A stretch of DNA of 64,000 nt from Euglena gracilis (GCA_039621445.1 CP154954.1:36317703-36381702), one strand, 5' to 3'; counted from the stretch's first letter, positions 13,303-26,909 are shown. Made by a program: numbers and translations. The notes: a model not told the origin generated them from the sequence alone.

Positions 13303-13637
13303 TGTGTGCGGCAGACGGGAGATCCTACGGAGGTTGGTAGCCGGCGCGTAGTACCAAGCCGAGTATCGCTCGAGTAGCTTATTCGGTAAGGTGCTGGGCT
13401 CACACGCGGGAGGTCGTGGGTTCGAGACCCAGGTCCCGCCGTGTGAGTCCTGATCGATCCCGTACGGGCAGAGGGCATACCGCGGGGATCGATCGGCGCG
13501 TGAGGCTGCGCACGTGGACGAACGTTGATCGGTCGGATTACCACGTGCGTGGCCCCTCGCCAGCGGACGAGCCACGGCAAGTAGTATGAGCTGCCCCGTG
13601 GCCGTCCAACGGCGGGTGGTGACAACCAACGTAAACA
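13303..13637 (+). repeat. 3' LTR
   Basis: Copy of 12611-12945 at offset 692. Confidence 0.93.
13368..13439 (+). ncRNA. tRNA-derived module inside the 3' LTR
   Basis: Same sequence as 12676-12747. Confidence 0.75.
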
Positions 13638-13640
13638 CAA

Positions 13641-16600
13641 ACCCAGGTTACCATGTAAAAATGGACCAAATTGGGCCTTACTCCGAGTTACCGAAGGGGT
13701 GTTCTAGGAGGCCTCCAAAGTCAGGGGACCCGTTGGTTTCATGACTGTCGTGGTTTAATGTTAAGAAAAACATGCACCGGGAATGCTGGTTGCAAGTAAT
13801 GAGCACGTTTAGATGGGTGCATTCGACCATTCCGGGGGACATTTTACCAGGTCAGCCCAGGTTACCATGTAAAAATGGACCAAATTGGGCCTTACTCGGA
13901 GTAACCGAATGGGTGTTCCAGGAGGCCTCCAAAGTCAGGGGACCCGTTGGTTTCATGATTGTCGTGGTTTAATGGTAAGAAAAACATGCAGCGGGAATCT
14001 TGGTTGCAGAAAATGAGCACATTTAGATGGGTGCATTCGACCATTCCGGGGGACATTTACCAGGTCAACCCAGGGTACCATGTAAAAATGGACCAAATTT
14101 GGGCCTTACTCCGAGTAACCGAATGGGTGTTCCAGGAGGCCTCCAAAGTCAGGGAAACCCGTTGGTTTCATGATTGTCGTGGTTTAACGGTAAGAAAAAC
14201 ATGCAGCTGGAATGTTGGTTGCAAGAAATGAGCACATTTAGAAGGGTGTATTCGACCATTCCGGGGGACATTTTACCAGGTCAGCCCAGGTTACCATGTA
14301 AACATGCACCAAATTGGGCCTTACTCCGAGTAACCGAGTGGGTGTTCCAGGAGGCCTCCAAAGTCAGGGAAACCCGTTGGTTTCATGATTGTCGTGGTTT
14401 AACGGTAAGAAAAACATGCAGTGGGAGTGTTGGTTGCAAGAAATGAGCACATTTAGATGGGTACATTCGAACATTCCGGGGGACATTTGACCAGGTCAGC
14501 CCAGGTTACCATGTACACACGGACCAAAATGCGCCTTACTCCGAGTAACCGAATGGGTGTTCCAGGAGGCCTCCAAAGTCAGGGGACCCGTTGGTTTCAT
14601 GATTCTCGTGGTTTATTGGTAAGAAAAACATGCAGCGACAACGTTGGTTGCAAGAAATGAGCACATTTAGATGGGTGCACTCCAGCATTCCGGGGGACAT
14701 TCACCAGGTCAGCCCGGGTTACCATGTAAAAATGGACCAAATTGGGCGATACTCCGAGTAACTGATTGGGGTTTCCAGGAGGCCTCCAAAGTCAGGGGAC
14801 TCGTTGGTTTCATGATTGTCGTGGTTTAATGGTAAGAAAAACATGCAGCGGGAATGTTGGTTGCAAGAAATGAGCACATTTAGAAGGGTGCATTCGACCA
14901 TTCCGGGGGACATTTACCAGGTCAGCCCAGGTTACCATGTCAACATGGACCAAATTGGGCCTTACTCCGAGTAACTGAATGGGTTTTACAGGGGGCCTGC
15001 AAAGTCAGGGGACCCGTTGGTTTCATGATAGTCGTGGTTTAATGGTAAGAAAAACATGCAGCGGGAACGTTGGTTGCAAGAAATGAGCACATTTAGATGG
15101 GTGCATTCGACCATTCCGGGGGACATTTACCAGGTCAGCCCAGGGTACCATGTAAAAATGGACCAGATTGGGCCTTGCTCCGAGTAACAGAATGGGTGTC
15201 CCAGGAGGCCTCCAAAGTCAGGGGACCCGTTGGTTTCATGGTTGTCGTGGTTTAGTGGTAAGAAAAACATGCAGCGGGAATGTTGGTTGCGAGAAATGAG
15301 CACATATAGATGGGTGCATTCGACCATTCCGGTGGACATTTACCAGGTCAACCCAGGGTACCATGTAAAAATGAACCAAAATTGGGCCTTACTCCGAGTA
15401 ACCGAATGGGTGTCCCAGGAGGCCTCCAAAGTCAGGGGTCCCGTTGTTTTCATGATTGTCCTGGTTGATTGGTAAGAAACACATCCAGCAGGAATGTTGG
15501 TTGCAAGAAATGAGCACATTTAGATGGGTGCACTCGAACATTCCGGGGGACATTTTACCAGTTCAGCCCAGGTTACCATGTAAACACGGACCAAAATGGG
15601 CCTTACTCCGAGTAACCGAATGGATGTTCCAGGGAGCCTCCAAAGTCAGGGGACCCGTTGGTTTCATGATTGTCGTGGTTTTAATGGTAAGAAAAACGTG
15701 CAGCGGGAATGTTGGTTGCAGAAAATGAGCACTATTAGATGGGTGCATTCGACCGTTCCGGGGGACATTTACCAGGTCAACCCAGGGTACCATGTAAAAA
15801 TGGACCAAATTTGGGCCTTACTCCGAGTAACCGAATGGGTGTTCCAGGAGGCCTCCAAAGTCAGGAGTCCCGTTGGTTTCATGATTGTCCTGGTTTAATG
15901 GTAATAAACACATGCAGCGGGAATGTTGGTTGCAAGAAATGAGCACATTTAGATGGGTGCATTCGAACACTCCGGGGACATTTCACCAGGTCAGCCCAGG
16001 TTACCATGTACACACGGAGCAAAATGGGCCTTACTCCGAGTAACCGAATGGGTGTTCCAGGAGGCCTCCAAAGTCAGGGAAACCCGTTGGTTTCATGATT
16101 GTCGTGGTTTAACGGTAAGAAAAACATGCAGCGGTAATGTTGGTTGCAAGAAATGAGCACATTTAGAAGGGTGTATTCGACCATTCCGGGGGACATTTTA
16201 CCAGGTCAGCCCAGGTTACCATGTAAACATGCACCAAATTGGGCCTTACTCCGAGTAACCGAATGGGTGTTCCAGGAGGCCTCCAAAGTCAGGGAAACCC
16301 GTTGGTTTCATGATTCTCGTGGTTTATTGGTAAGAAAAACATGCAGCGACAACGTTGGTTGCAAGAAATGAGCACATTTAGATGGGTGCACTCCAGCATT
16401 CCGGGGGACATTCACCAGGTCAGCCCGGGTTACCATGTAAAAATGGACCAAATTGGGCGATACTCCGAGTAACTGATTGGGTTTTCCAGGAGGCCTCCAA
16501 AGTCAGGGGACTCGTTGGTTTCATGATTGTCGTGGTTTAATGGTAAGAAAAACATGCAGCGGGAATGTTGGTTGCAAGAAATGAGCACATTTAGAAGGGT

Positions 16601-19600
16601 GCATTCGACCATTCCGGGGGACATTTACCAGGTCAGCCCAGGTTACCATGTCAACATGGACCAAATTGGGCCTTACTCCGAGTAACCGAATGGGTTTTCC
16701 AGGGGGCCTCCAAAGTCAGGGGACCCGTTGGTTTCATGATTTTCGTGGTTTAATGGTAAGAAAAACATGCAGCGGGAACGTTGGTTGCAAGAAATGAGCA
16801 CATTTAGATGGGTGCATTCGACCATTCCGGGGGACATTTACCAGGTCAGCCCAGGTTACCATGTAAAAACGGACCAAATTGGGCCTTACTCCGAGTAACC
16901 GAATGGGTGTTCCAGGAGGCCTCCAAAGTCAGGGGACCCGTTGGTTTCATGATAGTCGTGGTTTACTGGTCAGAAAAACATGCAGCGGGAACGTTGGTTG
17001 CAAGAAATGAGCACGTTTAGATGGGTGCATTCGACCATTCTGGGGGACATTTTACCAGGTCAGGCCAGGTTACCATGTAAACATGCACCAAATTGGGCCT
17101 TACTCCGAGTAACCGAGTGGGTGTTCCAGGAGGCCTCCAAAGTCAGGGAAACCCGTTGGTTTCATGATTGTCGTGGTTTAACGGTAAGAAAAACATGCAG
17201 TGGGAGTGTTGGTTGCAAGAAATGAGCAGATTTAGATGGGTTCATTCGAACATTCCGGGGGACATTTGACCAGGTCAGCCCAGGTTACCATGTACACACG
17301 GACCAAAATGCGCCTTACTCCGAGTAACCGAATGGGTGTTCCAGGAGGCCTCCAAAGTCAGGGGACCCGTTGGTTTCATGATTCTCGTGGTTTATTGGTA
17401 AGAAAAACATGCAGCGACAACGTTGGTTGCAAGAAATGAGCACATTTAGATGGGTGCACTCCAGCATTCCGGGGGACATTCACCAGGTCAGCCCGGGTTA
17501 CCATGTAAAAATGGACCAAATTGGGCGATACTCCGAGTAACTGATTGGGTTTTCCAGGAGGCCTCCAAAGTCAGGGGACTCGTTGGTTTCATGATTGTCG
17601 TGGTTTAATGGTAAGAAAAACATGCAGCGGGAATGTTGGTTGCAAGAAATGAGCACATTTAGAAGGGTGCATTCGACCATTCCGGGGGACATTTACCAGG
17701 TCAGCCCAGGTTACCATGTCAACATGGACCAAATTGGGCCTTACTCCGAGTAACCGAATGGGTGTTCCAGGGGGCCTCCAAAGTCAGGGGACCCGTTGGT
17801 TTCATGATTTTCGTGGTTTAATGGTAAGAAAAACATGCAGCGGGAACGTTGGTTGCAAGAAATGAGCACATTTAGATGGGTGCATTCGACCATTCCGGGG
17901 GACATTTACCAGGTCAGCCCAGGTTACCATGTAAAAACGGACCAAATTGGGCCTTACTCCGAGTAACCGAATGGGTGTTCCAGGAGGGCACCAAAGTCAG
18001 GGGACCCGTTGGTTTCATGATAGTCGTGGTTTACTGGTCAGAAAAACATGCAGCGGGAACGTTGGTTGCAAGAAATGAGCACGTTTAGATGGGTGCATTC
18101 GACCATTCTGGGGGACATTTACCAGGTCAGCAAAGGGTACCAAGTAAAAATGGACCAGATTGGGCCTTGCTCCGAGTAACCGAATGGGTGTCCCAGGAGG
18201 CCTCCAAAGTCAGGGTTCCCGTTGGTTTCATGGTTGTCGTGGTTTAGTGGCAAGAAAAACATGCAGCGGGAATGTTGGTTGCAGAAAATGAGCACATTTA
18301 GATGGGTGCATTCGACCATTCCGGGGGACATTTACCAGGTCAGCCCAGGTTACCATGTAAAAATGGACCAAATTGGGCCTTACCCCGAGTAACCGAATGG
18401 GTGTTCCAGGAGGCCTCCAAAGTCAGGGGACCCGTTGGTTTAATGATTGTCGTGGTTTAATGGTAAGAAAAAAATGCAGCGGGAATGTTGGTTGCAGAAA
18501 ATGAGCACATTTAGATGGGTGCATTCGACCATTCCGGGGGACATTCACCAGGTCAGCCCGGGTTACCATGTAAAAATGGACCAAATTGGGCGATACTCCG
18601 AGTAACTGATTGGGTTTTCCAGGAGGCCTCCAAAGTCAGGGGACTCGTTGGTTTCATGATTGTCGTGGTTTAATGGTAAGAAAAACATGCAGCGGGAATG
18701 TTGGTTGCAAGAAATGAGCACATTTAGATGGGTGCATTCGACCATTCCGGGGGACATTTACCAGGTCAGCCCAGGTTACCATGTCAACATGGACCAAATT
18801 GGGCCTTACTCCGAGTAACCGAATGGGTGTTCCAGGGGGCCTCCAAAGTCAGGGGACCCGTTGGTTTCATGATTTTCGTGGTTTAATGGTAAGAAAAACA
18901 TGCAGCGGGAACGTTGGTTGCAAGAAATGAGCACATTTAGATGGGTGCATTCGACCATTCCGGGGGACATTTACCAGGTCAGCCCAGGTTACCATGTAAA
19001 AACGGACCAAATTGGGCCTTACTCCGAGTAACCGAATGGGTGTTCCAGGAGGGCACCAAAGTCAGGGGACCCGTTGGTTTCATGATAGTCGTGGTTTACT
19101 GGTCAGAAAAACATGCAGCGGGAACGTTGGTTGCAAGAAATGAGCACGTTTAGATGGGTGCATTCGACCATTCTGGGGGACATTTACCAGGTCAGCAAAG
19201 GGTACCAAGTAAAAATGGACCAGATTGGGCCTTGCTCCGAGTAACCGAATGGGTGTCCCAGGAGGCCTCCAAAGTCAGGGGTCCCGTTGGTTTCATGGTT
19301 GTCGTGGTTTAGTGGTAAGAAAAACATGCAGCGGAAATGTTGGTTGCAGAAAATGAGCACATTTAGATGGGTGCATTCGACCATTCCGGGGGACATTTAC
19401 CAGGTCAGCCCAGGTTACCATGTAAAAATGGACCAAATTGGGCCTTACCCCGAGTAACCGAATGGGTGTTCCAGGAGGCCTCCAAAGTCAGGGGACCCGT
19501 TGGTTTAATGATTGTCGTGGTTTAATGGTAAGAAAAAAATGCAGCGGGAATGTTGGTTGCAGAAAATGAGCACATTTAGATGGGTGCATTCGACCATTCC

Positions 19601-22600
19601 GGTGGACATTTACCAGGTCAAACCAGGGTACCATGTAAAAATGAACCAAAATTGGGCCTTACTCCGAGTAACCGAATGGGTGTCCCAGGAGGCCTCCAAA
19701 GTCAGGGGTCCCGTTGTTTTCATGATTGTCCTGGTTGATTGGTAAGAAACACATGAAGCAGGAATGTTGGTTGCAAGAAATGAGCACATTTAGATTGGTG
19801 CACTCGAACATTCCGGGGGACATTTTACCCGTTCAGCCCAGGTTACCATGTAAACACGGACCAAAATGGGCCTTACTCCGAGTAATCGAATGGTTGTTCC
19901 AGGGGGCCTCCAAAGTCAGGGGACCCGTTGGTTTCATGATTGCCGTGGTTTTAATGGTAAGAAAAACATGCAGCGGGAACGTTGGTTGCAAGAAATCAGG
20001 CAGATTAAGATGGGTGCATTCGACCATTCCGGGGGACATTTACCAGGTCAGCCCAGGTTACCATGTAAAAATGGACCAAATTGGGCCTTACTCCGAGTAA
20101 CCGAATGGGTTTTCCAGGGGGCCTCCAAAGTCAGGGGACCCGTTGGTTTCATGATTTTCGTGTTTTTAATGGTAAGAAAAACATGCAGCGGGAACGTTGG
20201 TTGCAAGAAATCAGGCACATTTAGATGGTTGCATTCGACCATTCCGGGGGACATTTACCAGGTCAGCCCAGGTTACCATGTAAAAACGGACCAAATTGGG
20301 CCTTACTCCGAGTAACCGAATAGGTGTTCCAGGAGGCCTCTAAAGTCAGGGGACCCGTTGGTTTCATGATTGTCGTGGTTTAATGGTAAGAAAAACATGC
20401 AGCGGGAACGTTGGTTGCAAGAAATCAGGCACATTTAGATGGTTGCATTCGACCATTCAGGGGGACATTTACCAGGTCAGCCCAGGTTATCATGTAAACA
20501 TGGACCAAATTGGGCCTTACTCCGAGTAACCGAATGGGTTTTCCAGGAGGCCTCCAAAGTCAGGGGACCCGTTGTTTTCATGATTGTCGTGGTTTAATGG
20601 TAAGAAAAACATGCAGCGGGAATATTGGTTGCAAGAAATGTGCACGTTTAGATGGGTGCATTCGACCATTCCGGGGGACATTTACCTGTCAGCCCAAGTT
20701 ACCAGGTAAAAATGGACCAAATTGGGCCTTACCCCGAGTAACCGAATGGGTGTTCCAGGAGGCCTCCAAAGTCAGGGGACCCGTTGGTTTCATGATTGTC
20801 GTGGTTTAATGGTAAGAAAAACATGCAGCGGGAATGTTGGTTGAAAGAAATCAGCACATTTAGATGGGTGCATTTGACCATTCCGAGGGACATTTACCAG
20901 GTCAGCCCAGGTTACCACGTAAAAATGGACCAAATTGGGCCTTACTCCGAGTAACCAAATAGGTGTTCTAGGAGGCCTCTAAAGTCAGGGGACCCGTTGG
21001 TTTAATGATTGTCGTGGTTTAATGGTAAGAAAAACATGCAGCGGGAACGTTGATTGCAATAAATTAGCACGTTTAGATGGGTGCACTCGACCATTCCGGG
21101 GGACATTTACAAGGTCAAACCCAGGTTACCATGCAAAAATGGACCAAATTTGGCCTTACTCCGAGTAACCGAATGGGTGGCCCAGGAGGCCTCCAAAGTC
21201 AGGGGACCCGTTGATTTCATGATTGTCGTGGTTTAATTGTAAGAATAACATGCAGCGGAAACGTTGGTTGCAAGAAATCAGGCACATTTAGATGGTTGCA
21301 TTCGACCATTTCGGGGGACATTTACCAGGTCAGCCCAGGTTACCACGTAAAAATGGACCAAATTGGGCCTTACCCCGAGTAACTGAATGGGTGTTCCAGG
21401 AGGCCTCCAAAGTCAGGGGATCCGTTGGTTTCACGATTGTGGTGGTTTAATGGTACGAAAAACATGTAGCGGGAATGTTGGTTGCAAGAAATGAGCACAT
21501 TTAGATGGGTGCATTCGACCATTCCCGGGGACATTTACCAGGTCAGCCCAGGTTACCATGTAAAAATGGACCAAATTGGGCCTTACTCCGAGTAACCGAA
21601 TAGGTGTTCCAGGAGGCCTCTAAAGTCAGGGGACCCGTTGGTTTAATGATTGTCGTGGTTTAATGGTAAGAAAAACATGCAGCGGGAATGTTGGTTGCAA
21701 GAAATAAGCACATTTAGATGGGTGCATTCGACCTTTCCGGGGGACATTTAGCAGGTCAGCCCAAGTTACCATGTAAAAATGGACCAAACTGTGCCTTACT
21801 CTAAGTAACCAAATGGGTGGCCCAGGAGGCCTCCAAAGTCAGAGAACCCGTTGGTTTCATGATTGTCGTGGTTTAATGGTAAGAAAAACATGCAGCGGGA
21901 ATGTTGGTTGCAATAAATTAGCACGTTTAGATGGGTGCACTCGACCATTCCGGGGGACATTTACCAGGTCAGACCAGGTTACCGTGCAAAAATGGACCAA
22001 ATTGGGCCTTACTCCGAGTAACCGAATGGGTTTTCCAGGAGGCCTCCAAAGTCAAGGGACCCGTTGGTTTCATGATTATCGTGGTTTAATGGTAAGAAAA
22101 ACATGCGGCGGGAATGTTGGTTGCAAGAAATGAGCACATTTAGATGGGTGCATTCGACCATTCCGGGGGACATTGACCAGGTCAGCCCAGGTTACCATGT
22201 AAAAATGGACCGAATTGGGCCTTACTCCGAGTAACCGAATAGGTGTTCCAGGAGGCCTCTAAAGTCAGGGGACCCGTTGGTTTCATGATTATCGTGGTTT
22301 AATGGTAAGAAAAACATGCGGCGGGAATGTTGGTTGCAAGAAATGAGCACATTTAGATGGGTGCATTCGACCATTCCGGGGGACATTAACCAGGTCAGCC
22401 CAAGTTACCATGTAAAAATGGACCAAATTGTGCCTTACTCCGAGTAACCGAATGGGTGTTCCAGGAGGCCTCCAAAGTCAGGGGACCCGTTGGTTTCATG
22501 ATTGTCGTGGTTTAATGGTAAGAAAAACATGCAGCGGGAACGTTGGTTGCAAGAAATCAGGCACATTTACGTGGTTGCATTCGACCATTCCGGGGGACAT

Positions 22601-24516
22601 TTACCAGGTCAGCCCAGGTTACCACGTAAAAATGGACCAAATTGGGCCTTACCCCGAGTAACTGAATGGGTGTTCCAGGAGGCCTCCAAAGTCAGGGGAC
22701 CCGTTGTTTTCATGATTGTCGTGGTTTAATGGTACGAAAAACATGTAGCGGGAATGTTGGTTGCAAGAAATGTGCACATTTAGATGGGTGCACTCGACCA
22801 TTCCCGGGGACATTTACCAGGTCAACGGGGTTACCATGTAAAAATGGACCAAATTGGGCCTTACCCCGAGTAACCGAATAGGTGTTCCAGGAGGCCTCTA
22901 AAGTCAGGGGACCCGTTGGTTTCATGATTGTCGTGGTTTAATGGTAAGAAAAACATGCAGCGGGAATGTTGGTTGCGAGGAATGAGCACATTTAGATGGG
23001 TGCATTCGACCATTCCTGGGGACATTTAGCAGGTCAACCCAAGTTACCATGTAAAAATGGACCAAATTGTGCCTTAATCTAAGTAACCGAATGGGTGGCC
23101 CAGGAGGGCACCAAAGTCAGGGAACCCGTTGGTTTCATGATTGTCGTGGTTTAATGGTAAGAAAAACATGCAGCGGGAATGTTGGTTGCAATAAATTAGC
23201 ACGTTTAGATGGGTGCACTCTACCATTCCGGGGGACATTTACCAGGTCAGACCAGGTTACCGTGCAAAAATGGACCAAATTGGGCCTTACTCCGAGTAAC
23301 CGAATGGGTTTTCCAGGAGGCCTCCAAAGTCAGGGGACCCGTTGGTTTCATGATTATCGTGGTTTAATGGTAAGAAAAACATGCGGCGGGAATGTTGGTT
23401 GCAAGAAATGAGCACATTTAGATGGGTGCATTCGACCATTCCCGGGGACATTTACCAGGTCAGCCCAGGTTACCATGTAAAAATGGACCAAATTGGGCCT
23501 TACTCCGAGTAACCGAATAGGTGTTCCAGGAGGCCTCTAAAGTCAGGGGACCCGTTGGTTTATTGATTGTCGTGGTTTAATGGTAAGAAAAACATGCAGC
23601 GGGAATGTTGGTTGCAAGAAATGAGCACATTTAGATGGGTGCATTCGACCATTCCGGGGGACATTTACCAGGTCAGCCCAGGTTACCATGTAAAAATGGA
23701 CCAAATTGTGCCTTACTCTAAGTAACCGAATGGGTGTCCCAGGGGGCCTCCAAAGTCAGGGGTCCCGTTGGTTTCATGATTGTCGTGGTTTAATGGAAAG
23801 AAAAACATGCATCCGGAAGGTTGGTTGCAAGAAATGAGCACATTTAGATGGGTGCATTCGACCATTCCGTGGGACACTTACCAGGTCAGCCCAGGTTACC
23901 GTGTAAAAATGGACCAAATTGGGCCTTACTCCGAGCAACTGAATGGGTGTTCCAGGAGGCCTCCAAGGTCAGATGACTCGTTGGTTTCATGATTGTCGTG
24001 GTTTAATGTTAAGAAAAATATGCAGCGGGAAGGTTGGTTGCAAGAGATGAGCACATTTAGATGGGTGCATTCGACCATTCCGGGGGACATTTACCAGGTC
24101 AGCCCAGGTTACCATGTAAAAATGGACCAAATTGGGCCTTACTCCGAGTAACCGAATGGGTGTTCCAGGAGGCCTCCAAAGTCAGGGGACCCGTTGGTTT
24201 CATGATTGTCGTGGTTTAATGGTAAGAAAAACATGCAGCGGGAATTCTTGGTTGCAAGAAATGAGCAGATTTAGATGGGTGCATTCGACCATTCCAGGGG
24301 ACACTTACCAGGTCAGCCCAGGTTACCATGTAAAAATGGACCAAATTTGGCCTTACTTCGAGTAACCGAATGGGTGTTCCAGGAGGCCTCCAAAGTCAGG
24401 GGACCCGTTGTTTTCATGATTGTCGTGGTTTAATGGGACGAAAAACATGCAGCCGGAAGGTTCGTTGCAAGAAATGAGCAGATTTAGATGGGTTCATTAG
24501 ACCATTCCGGGGGACA
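13641..24516 (-). repeat. Same ~213-bp satellite in inverted orientation (~51 copies), more diverged
   Basis: Reverse-complement monomer (CCCAGGTTACCATGTAAAAATGGACCAAATTGGGCCTTACTCCGAG...). The satellite pseudo-ORF peptide switches from the - to the + strand here. Confidence 0.97.
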
Positions 24517-24658
24517 ACATTCCCGCTGCATGTTTTTCTTACCATTAAACCACGACAATCGTGAAACCAACGGGTCCCCTGACTTTGGAGGCTTCCTGGA
24601 ACACCCAGTCGGTCACTCGGAGTAAGGCCCAATTTGGTCCATTTTTACATGGTAACCT
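24515..24658 (+). repeat. Terminal partial satellite monomer, back in the original orientation
   Basis: After ...GGGGGACA the sequence reads CAACATTCCCGCTGCATG...CATGGTAACCT, the forward-strand monomer. Confidence 0.9.
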
Positions 24659-24667
24659 ATAACTAAC

Positions 24668-24683
24668 ATATATATATATACCT

Positions 24684-24769
<86 letters not shown>

Positions 24770-24772
24770 GTA
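24668..24772. repeat. (TA)n microsatellite
   Basis: Interrupted TA run. Confidence 0.95.
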
Positions 24773-25049
24773 TGGCAGCTAGACTTTTCTTGCCCCCCCG
24801 GGGGGTCCAAGTAAAGACTCCAGGGGGTCAAAATAGACTTTTTTGCGTTAAGGATGGAATAGGGTTAGGTGCGCGAGTTAGGCCTAAGGTTAGGCCCAAC
24901 TTGTTAGGTGTACAAGTTAGGGTTAGGGTTAGGCCGAATGCGCGCACCTAACGCTACTCCATCATTAACACAAAAAAAATTCTGACCCCCCCCTGGAGTC
25001 TTTACTTGGACCCCCCGGAGGGGGGGGCAAGTAAACTCTAGCTGCCATA
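24771..25049. mobile_element. Foldback/MITE with ~100-bp imperfect TIRs and a telomere-like core
   Basis: TATGGCAGCTAGA...GGGGGGTCCAAGTAAAGACTCCAGGGGG...TTAGGTGCGCG is mirrored by CGCGCACCTAA...CCCCCTGGAGTCTTTACTTGGACCCCCC...TCTAGCTGCCATA. The core has TTAGGG/TTAGGC units and the flanks are TA-rich. Confidence 0.8.
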
Positions 25050-25434
25050 TGTATACATACATATTCAACTAATTTCAAACCCCATTTGTTGCCGATGCCC
25101 TTTTGTACGCAACTGTTCGGAGGACCCTGAATACATATGCCCTGTGTGTGCAAATCCCCTTTGTTGTGCCAGTCGTTTTGTAGGCAACTTTTCACAGAGG
25201 GCCCCAAAGCACCCCCATGTGTGTACGTAGGAGGAGGCTCTGGAGCTCGCGAACCTCCTCAAGCACATTTGAGGAGACTCGAAAGACTCCTCGAATGTCG
25301 TTCGAGGTGGTTCGAGGAGGTTTTTTAAGCCCCCTGAGGGGGGGGGGCTTAAAACGGCTTGAGGCTCGAGCTCGAACGTTCGAGCTCGAGCCTCTTCCTA
25401 CGTTAACTCCCCCATCTACCCACCCACCCACACG

Positions 25435-26683
<1,249 letters not shown>

Positions 26684-26776
<93 letters not shown>
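26684..26776. repeat. Compound (GA)n(CA)n microsatellite
   Basis: Direct reading. Confidence 0.97.
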
Positions 26777-26777
<1 letters not shown>

Positions 26778-26909
26778 CCAGGCATTTATGGCGACTCCCA
26801 TTTTGGTGCCACAGTTGGCCCTGGTTGGCAAGTAGTCGGTCACAGGTGGGGGAAACACAACAAAAAATGAGCGCACATCACAGCCATACAATGCACAATT
26901 TTAAGCATG

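Larger units (their letters stand above)
12611..13637 (+). mobile_element. Non-autonomous LTR retrotransposon (TRIM), 1027 bp
   Basis: Direct repeats at 12611-12945 and 13303-13637 (335 bp each, TG...CA ends). PBS TGGTAGCAGAGGA lies directly after the 5' LTR and PPT GGGAGGGGAG directly before the 3' LTR. The 357-bp interior is non-coding. Flanks are CAAAT / CAAAC (4 of 5 match, TSD-like). Confidence 0.93.

Noticed and set aside
12460-13640. Minus-strand ORFs (157, 113, 216, 144 aa) as gag/pol
   Set aside because: They are antisense to the PBS/PPT polarity and show no gag, protease, RT or integrase motifs.
1-24658. Dozens of 60-150 aa ORFs (MGLTPSNRMGVPGG...) and a CRISPR-like periodic look
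   Set aside because: They are translations of the satellite monomer with frequent frameshifts. There are no unique spacers and no cas genes, and the DNA is eukaryotic.
24860-24935. True chromosome end
   Set aside because: Only a few degenerate TTAGGG units, enclosed by inverted repeats and followed by 39 kb of further sequence.
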